A DNA stretch of 58,747 bases, filler included, from Dimargaris cristalligena (GCA_003614675.1; 3 parts of 3 records of this genome joined end to end with filler, not necessarily neighbours in it); one strand, 5' to 3'; shown: positions 47,701-58,747, counted from the first letter of the whole stretch. The notes: a model not told the origin generated them from the sequence alone. A program made the numbers and translations.

Positions 47701-49638
47701 GGCCGGGTTCACACCCAGGCGGGCCAGTAGAGTGGTGGCAGAATCCATGGAAGCCCGGTAGGGGCCCTCGGACCCTGTGATGGTAGCGAAGTCCACGGTT
47801 GCGGAAGGGAACTGCTCGTCGAATACCTCCCGAGCCACTGTAGTAATATCTTGCTGGGGATGCAGGCGTTTCAACCGAAGCACCTGGGCAAAGTATTGGG
47901 AAACTTCGTCCCGGGTTAGGGTAGCCATGAGGTGGTAGAAAAGTCGGGCCATGACGGCGGACGGGGTGGTGGCTTCCGGATTGGCGGGAATAAGAGGCAG
48001 GATGCCAAAGCGAAGCGGTAAACGCTGGCGCAAACTCACGGCAATATCATCAACCAGGATTTCAAGACCGCGATGGCTGGCGAGGTCCACAACAAATAGG
48101 ATTGAGCACAAATTCTTGGACATGGGACGCAGGCCATTGGAATAAAGCGAGTTTCGGAAATACTCCAGTTTGGACCAGGCCGCATACGCCGGGTCCCGCT
48201 CAACGTCATTATACCATACCAGGGCGGGGGCTGGGCTAAGCGGGTCTTCCCGAACATCGTAGATGGGTACCTCCCGGGCCAGCGAGGCGGCGTAGGGATC
48301 GTTTCGGTCAGCTAGAAACCGGCTATCGGTGGGGACCAGGCTGGGTTCAGCGTCTTTAAAGTGGTTGACTGCAGTCCGACCCTGTTTGGGATCCAGAAAA
48401 GACGAGCCGAGTAATTGCCGGGCCTGGCACGGGGTTAGGGGAAGACGGAGAAGGAATTCGATGGTCTGGGCCTCGGCCCGCAGGGACTGGACGAGACCGA
48501 AGGAATCCAAGGGCCGGAGGGTGGAGTGCTTAAGCGGTAGGCCGTTCAGCCAGATGCCGGGGTTGAGCCGCTTCATTATCAGAGCGCGGGCCTCCTGGGC
48601 CAGAGCCGGCGAATAGGTCTGAGAGGCCAGTTGGGCGGCGTACTTGGGGAAATTCTGGGCGACTAGTGTCAGGGCCCGAAGGGGATCCACGGTGGATTGG
48701 GATTGGTTGATAATGTATTGGGCAGCGATGAGCCCCAGGTCCTTAATTTCGGACGGGGAAAGGGCTCGCACTAGGGGCACGTCGGTAGCGAGTTGACTGT
48801 CGTCAATGACCTTGTACTCGGTGCTCTTGAGAGTCAGACTCACACCATACCCGGTGAGATCCAAGGGGGCCGGGGCGGAGAGGCCAGCTGCCCGAGGAGG
48901 ACGGGGCCGGAAGATCAGGGTACCGGTCACTGCCCGGGCCAGATGGCGGGCTTGGCGGAAGAAAAATACAAAGTCGGGGTCAGTGATATCGGCGTAGAAT
49001 ATAAACGTGGGGCCGGCTGAGGTGCCCCCCGAGCGGGCTGAGTGGGAAGAATCCAGGTGATCAAAGGGCAGGCGTGGGGGAGCTACTTGGATACTGAACC
49101 AGGAAGAGCGGTCGGAGTCCAACCAGGACCAATCCTCCTCGTCCATCGCACCCGAGGCCGGACCGCCCAAGGCTTGGCGAAGACTACCCCAGCTGCAGTA
49201 CTGGCGCAGGTTGTACCACACCCAAACGGGGCAGTTCGGATCGAACTCCGACTCGGCCCGGTGCATCTCGGGAACCACGGTACCGGTGTAGTACTGGTAG
49301 AAAGTCTGGACAGCAGGGGCGGCGATATGCAGGGCCATGGCCCATTCCAGGAGCGCCTGGGCGGGAGCCCCGGGCAACATGTGTTCCTGGTGGATGAAGG
49401 CCAAGGCCCGCTCGTAGATGACCTGGGGAGGGGCCGTCGGAGTGGCGACCAGGTGGTCGAGCAGCGGGAGGTAGGCGGTACGATTCTCCGTGGAGATGTA
49501 CTCGGCTATCTCCAGGGCCAGCGGCGGGGCGGGGAATTGGGCGGTTAACGAGACTTGGACGGGAGGGGACTGGGCGTGGGCCAGCCCCAGGGGGGCGAGG
49601 GCCCAGCAAAGAAGCCGACGATACGGAAAGCGGCCCAT
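44779..49638 (-). CDS. UGGT: UDP-glucose:glycoprotein glucosyltransferase (GT24), ER-resident, 1619 aa
   Basis: Signal peptide; GYGV.L.LKSTEYKVIDD; GT24 domain IHVFSVASGHLYERF, WGYKILFLDVLFPL, FVDADQIVR, LANLDQDLPNNMQ, WLWCETWC; C-terminal HDEL. Confidence 0.98.
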   Translation of the reverse strand: MGRFPYRRLLCWALAPLGLAHAQSPPVQVSLTAQFPAPPLALEIAEYISTENRTAYLPLLDHLVATPTAPPQVIYERALAFIHQEHMLPGAPAQALLEWAMALHIAAPAVQTFYQYYTGTVVPEMHRAESEFDPNCPVWVWYNLRQYCSWGSLRQALGGPASGAMDEEDWSWLDSDRSSWFSIQVAPPRLPFDHLDSSHSARSGGTSAGPTFIFYADITDPDFVFFFRQARHLARAVTGTLIFRPRPPRAAGLSAPAPLDLTGYGVSLTLKSTEYKVIDDSQLATDVPLVRALSPSEIKDLGLIAAQYIINQSQSTVDPLRALTLVAQNFPKYAAQLASQTYSPALAQEARALIMKRLNPGIWLNGLPLKHSTLRPLDSFGLVQSLRAEAQTIEFLLRLPLTPCQARQLLGSSFLDPKQGRTAVNHFKDAEPSLVPTDSRFLADRNDPYAASLAREVPIYDVREDPLSPAPALVWYNDVERDPAYAAWSKLEYFRNSLYSNGLRPMSKNLCSILFVVDLASHRGLEILVDDIAVSLRQRLPLRFGILPLIPANPEATTPSAVMARLFYHLMATLTRDEVSQYFAQVLRLKRLHPQQDITTVAREVFDEQFPSATVDFATITGSEGPYRASMDSATTLLARLGVNPADSGALFVNGKYFELAEGYRTHVMEVYQSDSMLLAQAYFQGQIDNDTDLYEYLLTQPGALTERNPYIIPSPARPLTVYNVFAAGVESTSGDWIHRLGYFYPFTLTDTTSLPIVSIWVVGDLKAPASRQDLQASLQLCLRDPTVRVAWLPSPVATDALDASPLARLVGAVQRLAQDLYNAKVFSQELEASNQAIAPFAPYLYHALSFALEHSDIKSDDFVRDFPLYLAKLDPAASLDLPWATLYQLVYESEASPLAPAPEAAVALHLSDTTRTLVVNGRRLPDLPDSLPLTATALQLLVSYEIKTRIQPIANALDILDGEILAGPASFNDLSAIADKILAAGSIVHSCVTPAATYPTSELPIYRQDLQSMLSNLNQLKFTRGDLKQAWFHIQVIVDPLSEEAQKWGAILETVTSLPRVAVEVYLRPDLSLDELPLKQFYRYLAPAALQFDPEDGQVYPPSLTFNGLPTQPLFTLAIDAPSAWMVTPVACAYDLDNIQLATVPSAQASEGIRAHFQLKHIMVEGHCQDLTLGYPPRGLQLVLGNPAQPHVADTIVMANYGYVQFLADPGVWTLRLRDGRSSDIYVLEDIASDGWSGDALRDVQAQIIVNSFQGAKVYPRVRRRPGQEAAQLLQTTEETANPSPPGYFGSTSGLLRTLQDWVGQAAHRIHIPFLGSSSSGVGPLRTIHVFSVASGHLYERFMAIMIVSVLRHTEHPVKFWFIENFLSPSFKQFLPTLAAHYQFTYQLVTYQWPYWLRPQKEKQRTIWGYKILFLDVLFPLDLDRVIFVDADQIVRVDLAELANIDLQGAPYGYTPFCDNRPEMDKFRFWKGGWWAQHLGHKPYHISALYVVDLRRFRQLAAGDRLRQQYQLLSQDPNSLANLDQDLPNNMQHEVPIFSLPQDWLWCETWCSDESLGTAKTIDLCNNPLTKEPKLKRAVRLLPEWEVYDSEIRQLREPLPDSTPTPSVSTVSPTHDEL

Positions 49639-50613
49639 TTGAAGAGCGGGCGGAGATAGAAATGCAACGACTAACTCGCGTAAGTGGTGAACAAAGACGG
49701 GCCCTGGTGACTGTTGACTAGTTGCCAGCCGAAGGGGCAGTAAGTGGTGATGGTGATACAGTACAGTATGCCCTGGTAACCATCACTGACTGATCCAGGG
49801 GATAATAGTTACTCCCGGAAGATCAAATCACCCAAGAAAGATAACCTAGGAAAGTCACGTGCAACCTCGGCACAACCCTCCTTCTCTGCCCACTTTCCCT
49901 ATTTGGGTCTTTTCTCCGCTGACACAGCAAGGTTGGACTGACTCTACACCCAATTGGCGGATAAACTGCTTTGAGGCCAAAGGGGGAGAGAGGCGTGTCT
50001 CATTACTGTGGTTTCATGTTGAGGAGAGGCCAGTTAGAACTGATCTAAGCTACGAAGTATACGCATGCATGTGGGCTGATGGTTACACACGATAAGAACC
50101 CAAGCGCATTCATTCGCGACCCCGGCTAAATGCTACGAGTGAAGTTGACAAATGCAGGTACAGGAAGTATTGCCCTAACGCTACTCCAATGGCGTGACAC
50201 TTCCCACCAAACCTTTACCCCAACCGTCACCCTGGTCGTTTCAGGTCGGCGGTTGCTTCCTTGGCGCTGCCCCTCGGCTCGACTATATATAGCCACCACC
50301 ATCCGCCCCGCCATTTCATCACCATTCCCTCTACGCTCGCCTCTTTCGCACACCCCTCTTCGCCCCTCCTTCATTTCGCCCTCCCCACCCTCCGGTTTCT
50401 TAACCACCCGTTCGTTTTACATCAGCCAATTTGAGTTGGCTGGCCGTCAAGACGTTCTCCAACCAACTGAGCTCGCTGCATAACCCGCACCGGGGTCACA
50501 AGAGAACCTGCTCCAAACCTCGTATATCCCATTAACGGTTCTCCTGTGTCTAACGGCTTCTTGACCGTCCCGCTGCCCGTTACCTTCCGCTTTCCCTTTC
50601 CCGTTCAACAAAC

Positions 50614-52230
50614 ATGGTTACTAACCGCAAGTCCCCCTCCCCGGCCCCTGGCCGCAACTTGCCCTACGTCGTCCAGTCCCCCAATGTGTGCTACACGGAC
50701 ACCCACATTGAATCCGATTACGTTTACCAGAACACCCGTGTACGCCGTGACCCTGCCGGTCACTTGGTGGCCGAGCCCACTGAAACCCACTACCAGTTTC
50801 AAACCGACCGAACCGTTCCTCGCGTCGGTGTGATGCTGGTGGGGTGGGGCGGCAACAATGGTTCCACCTTAACCGCCAGTATCCTTGCCAACCGCCTGGG
50901 CATCGAATGGCACACCAAGGAGGGCCTCCAGCGCCCCAACTACTTTGGCTCCGTGGTGCTCAGCTCGACCCTGAAGCTTGGCGTCGACGATACCACCGGT
51001 GCCGATGTCTTCGTGCCCTTCCACGACATCCTCCCCATGGTCCACCCCAACGACTTGGTCATTGGCGGCTGGGACATCAACAAGGCTAACCTGGCCGATG
51101 CCATGTCCCGCAGCCAGGTCCTCGACTACGACCTGCAGCGCCAGGTCCGCCCCCACCTGGAGAGCCTTTCCCCTTTGCCGTCCATCTACTACCCGGACTA
51201 CATCGCCGCTAACCAGAACGAGCGCGCCGACAATGTAATTCCCGGCACCGACAAGTGGGCCCATATGGAGCATATCCGCCAGGACATCCGCAACTTCAAG
51301 CAGACCAACCAGCTGGATCAGGTCATCGTGCTCTGGACCGCCAACACGGAGCGTTTCTCGGCCGTGGAGGCTGGTCTCAATGACACCGCCGATAACCTGC
51401 TGGCATCGGTCCGGTCCTCCCAGTCCGAGGTGGCCCCCTCCACTGTCTTCGCTCTGGCCGCCATCCACGAGGGTGTCCCCTTTATCAATGGGTCCCCCCA
51501 GAACACCTTCGTTCCGGGTGTCATTGAATTCGCCGAACAGCGCGGTGTGTACATTGGTGGCGATGATTTCAAGAGCGGCCAAACCAAGGTCAAGTCGGTC
51601 ATCACCGACTTCCTGGTCAACGCCGGTATCAAGCCCCTGGCCATCACCAGTTACAACCACCTGGGTAACAACGACGGGTTCAACCTGTCCGCCCCCCAGC
51701 AGTTCCGCTCCAAGGAGATCTCCAAGAGTAACGTCGTGGACGATATGGTTGCCGCCAACCATCTGCTGTACCCAGCCAAGAAGACCAAGTCGGGCGAAGC
51801 GACCACTGAGCACCCCGACCACGTGGTGGTGATCAAGTACGTCCCAGCCGTGGGTGATTCCAAGCGTGCGCTGGACGAATACTACAGTGAGATTTTCATG
51901 GGCGGTCGCAACACCATTGCCATGTACAACACCTGTGAGGACTCTCTGTTGGCCTCCCCGCTTATCTTGGATTTGGTGATCATCACTGAGCTCATGACTC
52001 GCATCCGCTACCGGGTGCCTACTGCTGCCGACCCCGAAACCCCCTACGCCCCTTTCCATTCGGTCCTATCGATCCTGTCGTACATGCTCAAGGCCCCTCT
52101 GGTGCCCCCGCATACCCCCGTGGTGAACGCCCTGTCCAAGCAGCGCACGGCCATGGAGAATGTTTTCCGCGCCTGCGTGGGTCTGCCGCCCCAGAATGAT
52201 ATGTCTCTGGAGCACCGGGCCTTCCACTAA
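50614..52230 (+). CDS. INO1: myo-inositol-1-phosphate synthase
   Basis: The four MIPS signature motifs [37 protein letters not shown]; strong codon bias. Confidence 0.99.
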   Translation: MVTNRKSPSPAPGRNLPYVVQSPNVCYTDTHIESDYVYQNTRVRRDPAGHLVAEPTETHYQFQTDRTVPRVGVMLVGWGGNNGSTLTASILANRLGIEWHTKEGLQRPNYFGSVVLSSTLKLGVDDTTGADVFVPFHDILPMVHPNDLVIGGWDINKANLADAMSRSQVLDYDLQRQVRPHLESLSPLPSIYYPDYIAANQNERADNVIPGTDKWAHMEHIRQDIRNFKQTNQLDQVIVLWTANTERFSAVEAGLNDTADNLLASVRSSQSEVAPSTVFALAAIHEGVPFINGSPQNTFVPGVIEFAEQRGVYIGGDDFKSGQTKVKSVITDFLVNAGIKPLAITSYNHLGNNDGFNLSAPQQFRSKEISKSNVVDDMVAANHLLYPAKKTKSGEATTEHPDHVVVIKYVPAVGDSKRALDEYYSEIFMGGRNTIAMYNTCEDSLLASPLILDLVIITELMTRIRYRVPTAADPETPYAPFHSVLSILSYMLKAPLVPPHTPVVNALSKQRTAMENVFRACVGLPPQNDMSLEHRAFH

Positions 52231-52618
52231 TGGGTGGGTGAGTTACTCTAACCCCGTTTATTTAGTTGCTAGCCGTGGATAGCTTGGACGCCAGGGATGG
52301 ACTGTTAAATTCTGTTGTTTTTTTGGGCCTTGTGTTACCAGCACCCCGCCTCCCGGGCGATTGTTGGAACACCGCGCTTCTTTTTTTTTTGGGAAGAAAA
52401 TAGAACTCATTTCTGGAACCATTTGTTTTGTTGTTATTTGGCATTACTGCCGTACTCCGGGGGCGGCTAGCGACATTTTAAGGATTACCCCCACATGCCT
52501 AATTTTGATTTGTTTGTAATTATCACTTGCGTGATACTAGCTTCCAATGCTTTGGCTGGCGGTAAAGCTATTAATAAAGGAAAGCTATTAATCCGATATT
52601 TCTCCGTGTTCACCCGTA

Positions 52619-52675
<57 letters not shown>
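52619..52675. repeat. (ATT)n microsatellite
   Basis: About 19 perfect trinucleotide units. Confidence 0.9.
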
Positions 52676-53878
52676 GTATTCGGATACGATGCTATCTGCC
52701 TTTATAAGGCCGTGCTTTTATTATCTTGAGGTGGAGTCACCCCCTCTCTCTATTAGACTATTAAGCCCAAAGGGATAGTGCCCAACCCACGTTGGAGAAG
52801 GATATAGTGTTGTAATAGTATAGTACAGAGGCAAACAGTGTGGGCTCCGACGAATCGCGATTTATTCCAAACTGAACAATGAATGGGCTTCAGCTTCCTG
52901 AATCGGATGGAGTTATTGCGAAACTAGATGGCCAAAGAATAGGCCGAAGTAGGCGGATTGAATAAAACTATTCAATGGCAGCCGGTAATGGCGAAACCCC
53001 AACTCCACCCCTTACCTTGATGCACCCACTGGGCACTTAACACTTGCTTGTGCGGTAGCCATGCATGTTGGTAACAGGCGGCCTTGTAGGAGGGAGATAT
53101 CACTGCGCGAATAATATACTAATGATGCGTGGGTAGATTTGGCTCACTAAAACCCAAGCGACCCGTTTTCGTGATTAGAGGGGGAGGCATTGTTTAGTGG
53201 CCGACATTGCCTTAACTAATTTAGTGTCGAACGGGGCCATTGAATTAGGCATCTTTATGCCGTACCACCCCCGCTACGACCAACCTAGGGCAACTGCCAA
53301 GCAATAAGACGGACCTTGGCAATCCAGGAAGATGACATTGTTCGTATTGACATTGAGTTTAATGATGCGCCAGGGTCTTTCCTCCTCTTGCAAAGGCTCG
53401 GTCGGATTAGCACACTAGACGGCAGAGGCACTAGGGGAGGGGCAGGTCCATGTTTCGGGAAAGGCGGCCCCTCAGACCCGCACGAGTAGTGTTTGAAACC
53501 ACCACTCTCCTGCCTGTGCTTCGACACCGCCATATACTCCGCCACGGCGCTCCACTGGGCCGCCTCTCCAGTATTTTCTCTTTCTTCCCTCCTTCCTTCC
53601 CTTCTCTTACATTTTCCCCTCGTTTCTTCTCAATCTGCGCGCCCATTGGTTCCAGCCTGACCAACGAACCTGCTCGAATATCACACGGGCTTCTCACCCT
53701 GCTTACCTCGTTTTCCCCAGTTTGACGGCCTAGTCTACTCGCTACCTATTTATTGATCGGCCGTGCTTTAAGGCCACTGCCACAGTATCCACCAGCGCCA
53801 TTATCTCTGCGGCTGTCTGACTTACCATCTCAGTTCGGGGTATAACACCGCTTTATCCATCTTGGCCCCATCCTCATC

Positions 53879-56800
53879 ATGACCAGCGCATCGGCCTCCC
53901 CCGTCCCGCCGCCCCGTTCGGCCCTCCGCCGTTCCCTAAATCCCCCTCCCAAATCCGCCACGGGCAGCCAGCGCGGGTCGCCTCGCTCGGGCACTCCCCC
54001 CATATCCCCTGCTGTAGCCGATTTCGGAAAAGCCCTTCCCCCCATGACCCAGGCCGCCCTCCGAAACTATGTGACCCAGCGCCGTCCCTCTTCCGACAGC
54101 AGTCCCTCGGCCTCCTCCGGGGACAGTTTTCATTCCACCAGTCCCGCCTCTTCCACTACCGAACGGTTATCGTCGCCCATTCCCACCTCCGCCGCTGCCC
54201 GAGCCAACCGGGCCTCCCCGATACCCCCGGCCAAGCCTCGTATGCCGCCCCCGTCGGAGGACGAAGACGAGGACGACGAAGAGGAGGTGTTCATCGTAGC
54301 CCCTATCCACCGGGAACGCCAGCCTTCGGTCCATACCCGGTCTTCTTCGGTGTCTTTGCCCCAGGCTGACCCCACCAGCCCATTCGTCCCCGACGACAGC
54401 TCCACCCGACCCGTGTCTCAAATTGTGGCGTTCAACCAGGTCAATGTGAGCGCCCTCTCACGCCCTAAAATTATTAGCAAGTCCGACTATGTGAAAAGCC
54501 CCAAGACTGCCAACATTTCCCTCTCCCGCCATAACTCCCAATCGAGCGCCGACTCGGTGGACTTCGAGGGCTCCCCCTCCGACGATGGTCGAGGTGGTTC
54601 ATCATTTGTGCGCCCCCCTCGCAATCGGCGGCGTAGCACCCTACGGTCGTCCATGACCTTCCCGCCGTCCGCTGAAGAAGCTACCCCCCGGCGGGGGTCG
54701 GCCGTCTCGTCCATCCCCCCCACGGTTCACTCCCCCAGCCGCAAATACTCCCTTCAGGACGGTGCGTCCTCCCGGGGGTACAGCTCCGGCCCAAGTTCGA
54801 GGGCCAGTCCTTCGAAGCCCCCCTCCTACACTCACAAGTCCCCCGAGCCTTTGAAACTCCCCGCCCACCCCACCGACGATCCGATTGATGGGATTAGCCT
54901 TTTCGATGATCAGGGACGAGTCAATACGGACACCAGTGCGGTGTTGTCGTCATCCCCAGAATTTCCCACCACGCTGCAGACACCCTGGGACGGGGATCAG
55001 AGTGACGTTTTGAGTTCCAAGTCCGGCCACTCACTGCACACCACCAGCCCTCCGACCCACCGGGGGGCCAATCCACTATCCCCGCGTATTCGGGTGGTTT
55101 CCAACAGTAGCTCGACCGGTGCCGGGGATACAAGCCCCACCAAGCTAGGTATCCGCCTCACTTCACCCCAGGTGTCGCCTTCCAAGGCCTCGGGTCTTAA
55201 GAGCCGTGCTGCTCCTGGGGCTCCCTTGGGTCTAACCCTCGCCAGTTCTTCCCGACCAACTGTTGGGCACCCCCCGGCCATCCCCGAGGGCGGCCCACCG
55301 GCCACTTCACCCCCACTCAAATCCCCCGACGATGAACCCCTAGCATCCTCCTCGTTTATGACCTCATTCTCCTCCCAACCTTCCCCTCCCTCTGGTCCCC
55401 GACGCCCCTCCGATGCCTCTACCATAAGGCTCAACCACGCCACCCGCACTTCCCTATCGGACGCCGCCGCCTCACGGACCGACGACTTACTCAAACCCCG
55501 CGATAACAAACCTGTTGCTGGCGGATTAAGCTTTATGAATAACGCCTATGACAAGTTCTCCTCTCTATTTAACCGGACCTCCCAGGACACGGCGGGGAGC
55601 ACCGTACCTTTGCACTCCCCGTTTTACGAACAGGAAACCCGTCATTTAGCCGACAGTGCGGCGGCCCAGCGTAAACCGGGCACCCCGCCGTCACCGGGGT
55701 CTCCCGGCTCCACTGCCGGCCAGAGTGATGTGAGTGGTTCAACCACTGCCACCGCAGCGGGCGTGGAAATGCTCCTGGCCCAGCTGGAGGCTCAGAACCA
55801 GACGATCCAGGACGATCCCAAGGCGGCCCGACTGGCCAAAGAGGCTCTGCGACGGAGCTGGCTTATGATCAAGGAGAAGGCCTCCGGTTACTCCACCGGC
55901 CCCGACTACCTGCCCCCTAGTAAAGAATCATCCCCGACCTACGACCCCACCATGGCTCTCCGTAGCCCGAACAGTGGTATCGACTGGGATTTCTGGGGTA
56001 GTCTTATTAACGACTACGAGGGGACCGTTAAACGCCAAAGTCGTCTAGTTTCCCAGCAGATCCAAAACGGTATTCCACCAGCCTTGCGAGGCACCCTGTG
56101 GCAGCTCATGGCCCGGAGCAAAAACTCCAGCCTCGAGCAGCAATACATCTTCCTCCTGGAGCAATCCACCCCGGCTGAAAAGCAAATCCAGCTCGACCTG
56201 CCCCGGACCCTCCCCCACGAGGAGTATTTCAAGGACCCCCAGGGCCCGGGTCAGGAATCGCTATTCCATGTCCTCAAAGCCTACGCGCTATTCGATCCTG
56301 AGGTAGGCTATTGCCAGGGCATCGCGTTTATTGTAGCACCTTTACTGCTTAACATGCCCGAGGAGGAGGCCTTCTGCCTACTGGTTCGACTCATGCAGGC
56401 CTATGACCTGCGCGGCCATTTCACTCCGTCCATGGAAAAACTGCACCTCCGCCTTTTCCAGCTCGAAAAGTTAATTGAGGAAACCCTGCCCATGATCCAC
56501 CGCCACTTCATCAAGGAAGGCGTCCACACCACCATGTTCGCTTCCCAGTGGTTCATGACCCTGTTCGCCTACCGTTTCCCGGTGGGTCTGGTCTTCCGTT
56601 TGTTCGATTTGGTCTTCGCCGAGGGTATCGAGACCTTACTTAAATTCGCCCTAGTGCTCCTGCGGGTCCACCAGAACCAAATCCTGTCCATGCACTTTGA
56701 GACCCTGATGGAGTTCCTCCATACCAATCTGCTGGACCAATACATAGAAGACCCCACCGAGCTTCTGCGGGAGGCAGCCAAAGTGAGCTGTGTCAACCCC

Positions 56801-57283
56801 AAACGGTTACGGTCTCTGGCCAAAGAATACGATGCGGTGGTGTCGCGTCAGCGGGCGGAGGAGAATGAAGTGGAGCGCCTGAAGCGCCAGCTCCAGCAGT
56901 ACGAACGGGAGAACCGCCATCTGCAGGGCACGCTGCAGCAGCTTAACCAGGAGCACTGCGACCTGGCCAATCTCCTGGTCCAGGTGAAGCTGGACTGTGC
57001 CCAGGAGAAGGACAGGGCTAACCAATTGATGGAGGATCTAGCCCACCTCCAAGGACAATTAGTCCGGGAGCGGGAGCGTGCCGAGGAGGGCATGCAGGCC
57101 GACATGGATACACTGGCACGGAAAAATTGGGAGCTGGCCGACCGCCAGGAACACCTGTTGGCCCAATGCAGCGATCTCGCTGATCAACTGGCAACCGCAA
57201 AAATGTCATACGCCGAGTCGGAGAACGATAAGGCCATCCTCCAGAAAAAATGGGATGATCTACGTAAAGCAATGCGAATGTAG
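53879..57283 (+). CDS. TBC-domain Rab GTPase-activating protein, EVI5/Gyp5-like, with C-terminal coiled coil
   Basis: GIPPALRGTLWQ, IQLDLPRT (IxxDxxR), YCQG (YxQ), FASQWFMTLFAYRF; long Ser/Pro-rich N-terminus; coiled-coil tail. Confidence 0.95.
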   Translation: MTSASASPVPPPRSALRRSLNPPPKSATGSQRGSPRSGTPPISPAVADFGKALPPMTQAALRNYVTQRRPSSDSSPSASSGDSFHSTSPASSTTERLSSPIPTSAAARANRASPIPPAKPRMPPPSEDEDEDDEEEVFIVAPIHRERQPSVHTRSSSVSLPQADPTSPFVPDDSSTRPVSQIVAFNQVNVSALSRPKIISKSDYVKSPKTANISLSRHNSQSSADSVDFEGSPSDDGRGGSSFVRPPRNRRRSTLRSSMTFPPSAEEATPRRGSAVSSIPPTVHSPSRKYSLQDGASSRGYSSGPSSRASPSKPPSYTHKSPEPLKLPAHPTDDPIDGISLFDDQGRVNTDTSAVLSSSPEFPTTLQTPWDGDQSDVLSSKSGHSLHTTSPPTHRGANPLSPRIRVVSNSSSTGAGDTSPTKLGIRLTSPQVSPSKASGLKSRAAPGAPLGLTLASSSRPTVGHPPAIPEGGPPATSPPLKSPDDEPLASSSFMTSFSSQPSPPSGPRRPSDASTIRLNHATRTSLSDAAASRTDDLLKPRDNKPVAGGLSFMNNAYDKFSSLFNRTSQDTAGSTVPLHSPFYEQETRHLADSAAAQRKPGTPPSPGSPGSTAGQSDVSGSTTATAAGVEMLLAQLEAQNQTIQDDPKAARLAKEALRRSWLMIKEKASGYSTGPDYLPPSKESSPTYDPTMALRSPNSGIDWDFWGSLINDYEGTVKRQSRLVSQQIQNGIPPALRGTLWQLMARSKNSSLEQQYIFLLEQSTPAEKQIQLDLPRTLPHEEYFKDPQGPGQESLFHVLKAYALFDPEVGYCQGIAFIVAPLLLNMPEEEAFCLLVRLMQAYDLRGHFTPSMEKLHLRLFQLEKLIEETLPMIHRHFIKEGVHTTMFASQWFMTLFAYRFPVGLVFRLFDLVFAEGIETLLKFALVLLRVHQNQILSMHFETLMEFLHTNLLDQYIEDPTELLREAAKVSCVNPKRLRSLAKEYDAVVSRQRAEENEVERLKRQLQQYERENRHLQGTLQQLNQEHCDLANLLVQVKLDCAQEKDRANQLMEDLAHLQGQLVRERERAEEGMQADMDTLARKNWELADRQEHLLAQCSDLADQLATAKMSYAESENDKAILQKKWDDLRKAMRM

Positions 57284-58218
57284 GACTCCCGCTTATCTGG
57301 AAGGAATGCGCCCCGGGCCCATAATTCCACTATTGTATTTTTTATCCACCTCCAATCACACACTATATATATGCCCATAAGTACATTGACACTAGTTTTT
57401 ATTCACTGGTTTTAGTTACTCCCACAAGCCGTTGGGTCTATAGAGGAGCCATTTCATGCCACACTCTGCCTTATTAACCCTATTATTATTCAGATCATTA
57501 CATTAAAAATATTTAAACTAATCCTGAATTTCGGCTGCCACTGTCGTCATGCAGTGAACTGAGTCGGGATAATCCACCCTAGCACTAATATAGATTCATG
57601 GGGCGTTCATCTGGCATTTTTAATTAAATTAAATTTAAATACTCTGAGGGGGTTGTCAAGTACTTTGTTTTCCAGGCATTCACTATTCTTAGAAACTATA
57701 TAATGCTGGCACTGTACATAAGTGAGGGTATTTTTCTGTGCAAATAAACCAATGAGTCGCCGGCTGCCTGGTTGGTCTATGTTTACCCCCATTTAATCCC
57801 TCGTCCAATTAATCCACCGATCTAGCAGACCCCGTAACTGCCAAAAAGGGAGATTCATGCAACCACAGTTACTTATTACGCTCCACCACTACATTTCCTA
57901 ATAGCCCAGTCTCTTCACCAGGGCCGCTGACTGAGTTAACACTTACAGCGCGGGGCTTTTAGGTTCCAATCCATTGTTTCAAAAGCAGGTGGTATGGATC
58001 GTATAATATAACCATTGGTTGGATTTTTATGAATCAAGACTTGTTAATAAAGTATACAAAAAGCAAACGTCGTAAAGGATTAAATCCGGTTCGAAATGAA
58101 ACATGAGCCCGCTTAAAGAGTTAGTGTGAGAATGGGGGGGGGGGGTGGAGCGATGAATTAACCTAGGCCCACAGGACTAAGGTTGAAAACCAATCATTAG
58201 GAATAGAATACACGTCCC

Positions 58219-58747
58219 TTAAGACCGGTCAGGCTCTCGGCCCTCGATGCTGGAAAGCTGGCGATTATTGTCGCTATACTCCTTCAGGTACATGGTCAAT
58301 CGCACAGCTGCTGGTCGGCTCTCACGGGGAATTATAGGTACAAACTGGTTGTGGATGAGTCGTACAATTTTATGGCCCGCCTCACGGTATGTCAGGATGA
58401 ACACGGTACCGCAAACCTAAATCAGCAAAATAATTAAATACAATATAAAGCAATACAACCGTTAGAATAAACCGTGGATCAATACGGGACATGTCAGTAA
58501 CCGTAACAAGCGGCGAATTGCATCAACATAGGGACGGTAATAATAATTGTATAACTAAGTTATCCTAAAATCCCTTGACAAGGGGCTATGGAATACGGAC
58601 TTACCTCTAGACAGATTTGCACCAAGGAGGGTGTGATGGGGTGGACAGGTAGGTTCAGTATGCGGGACAGCCATTGCCAGGCATGGTGGATGCCAATGGC
58701 GTTGTCGCCTTCAATCGGCACAGTCTGGGCCATGGCCATATACAGCG
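58219..58747 (-). CDS. GLE1: mRNA export factor Gle1, 3' end (exons 58605->58747, 58219-58416)
   Basis: LYMAMAQT...GIHHAWQWLSRILNLP..PITPSLVQICLE|VCGTVFILTY...K....I...F...AAVRL..YL resembles the Gle1 C-terminal domain; GTAAGT...TTTAG intron. Confidence 0.8.

Noticed and set aside
50869-52059. 396-aa antisense ORF overlapping INO1
   Set aside because: Mirror-frame ORF expected from strong C-ending codon bias; no recognisable protein features.
52495-52707. 70-aa ORF with a signal-like start and poly-Tyr
   Set aside because: The poly-Tyr is just the (ATT)n microsatellite; AT-rich with no coding bias.

Overview
Eukaryotic (fungal) genomic DNA with GT-AG spliceosomal introns and C-rich coding regions. 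Gene content such as PTS and a POLDIP3-like RRM protein suggests an early-diverging fungus (inference). The window is stitched: two 100-nt N spacers carry an artificial TTAATTAATTAA linker (19611-19710, 39200-39299), and there is a plain N gap at 44449-44504. Recognisable genes: IDI1, CGI121, PTS (5'-truncated), VPS29, an ALYREF/POLDIP3-like RRM protein, an EF-hand protein, SYF2, a RhoGAP, a Paa1/AANAT-like GNAT with a GC-AG intron, a PTS1-bearing hotdog thioesterase, a GDS1-like winged-helix protein (3'-truncated), the Nup159/Nup214 N-terminus (3'-truncated, chimeric end), UGGT, INO1, an EVI5/GYP5-type TBC RabGAP and the 3' end of GLE1. The most interesting part is the first 25 kb, which holds four orphan secreted genes. 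Two look like Kex2-processed peptide precursors. One would release an uncharged 29-aa pyroGlu/Gly/Ser/Trp (GW-motif) peptide. The other is a ~533-aa precursor, split by a one-base frameshift in a C7 run, that would release a cationic amphipathic plus glycine-zipper, toxin-like domain.
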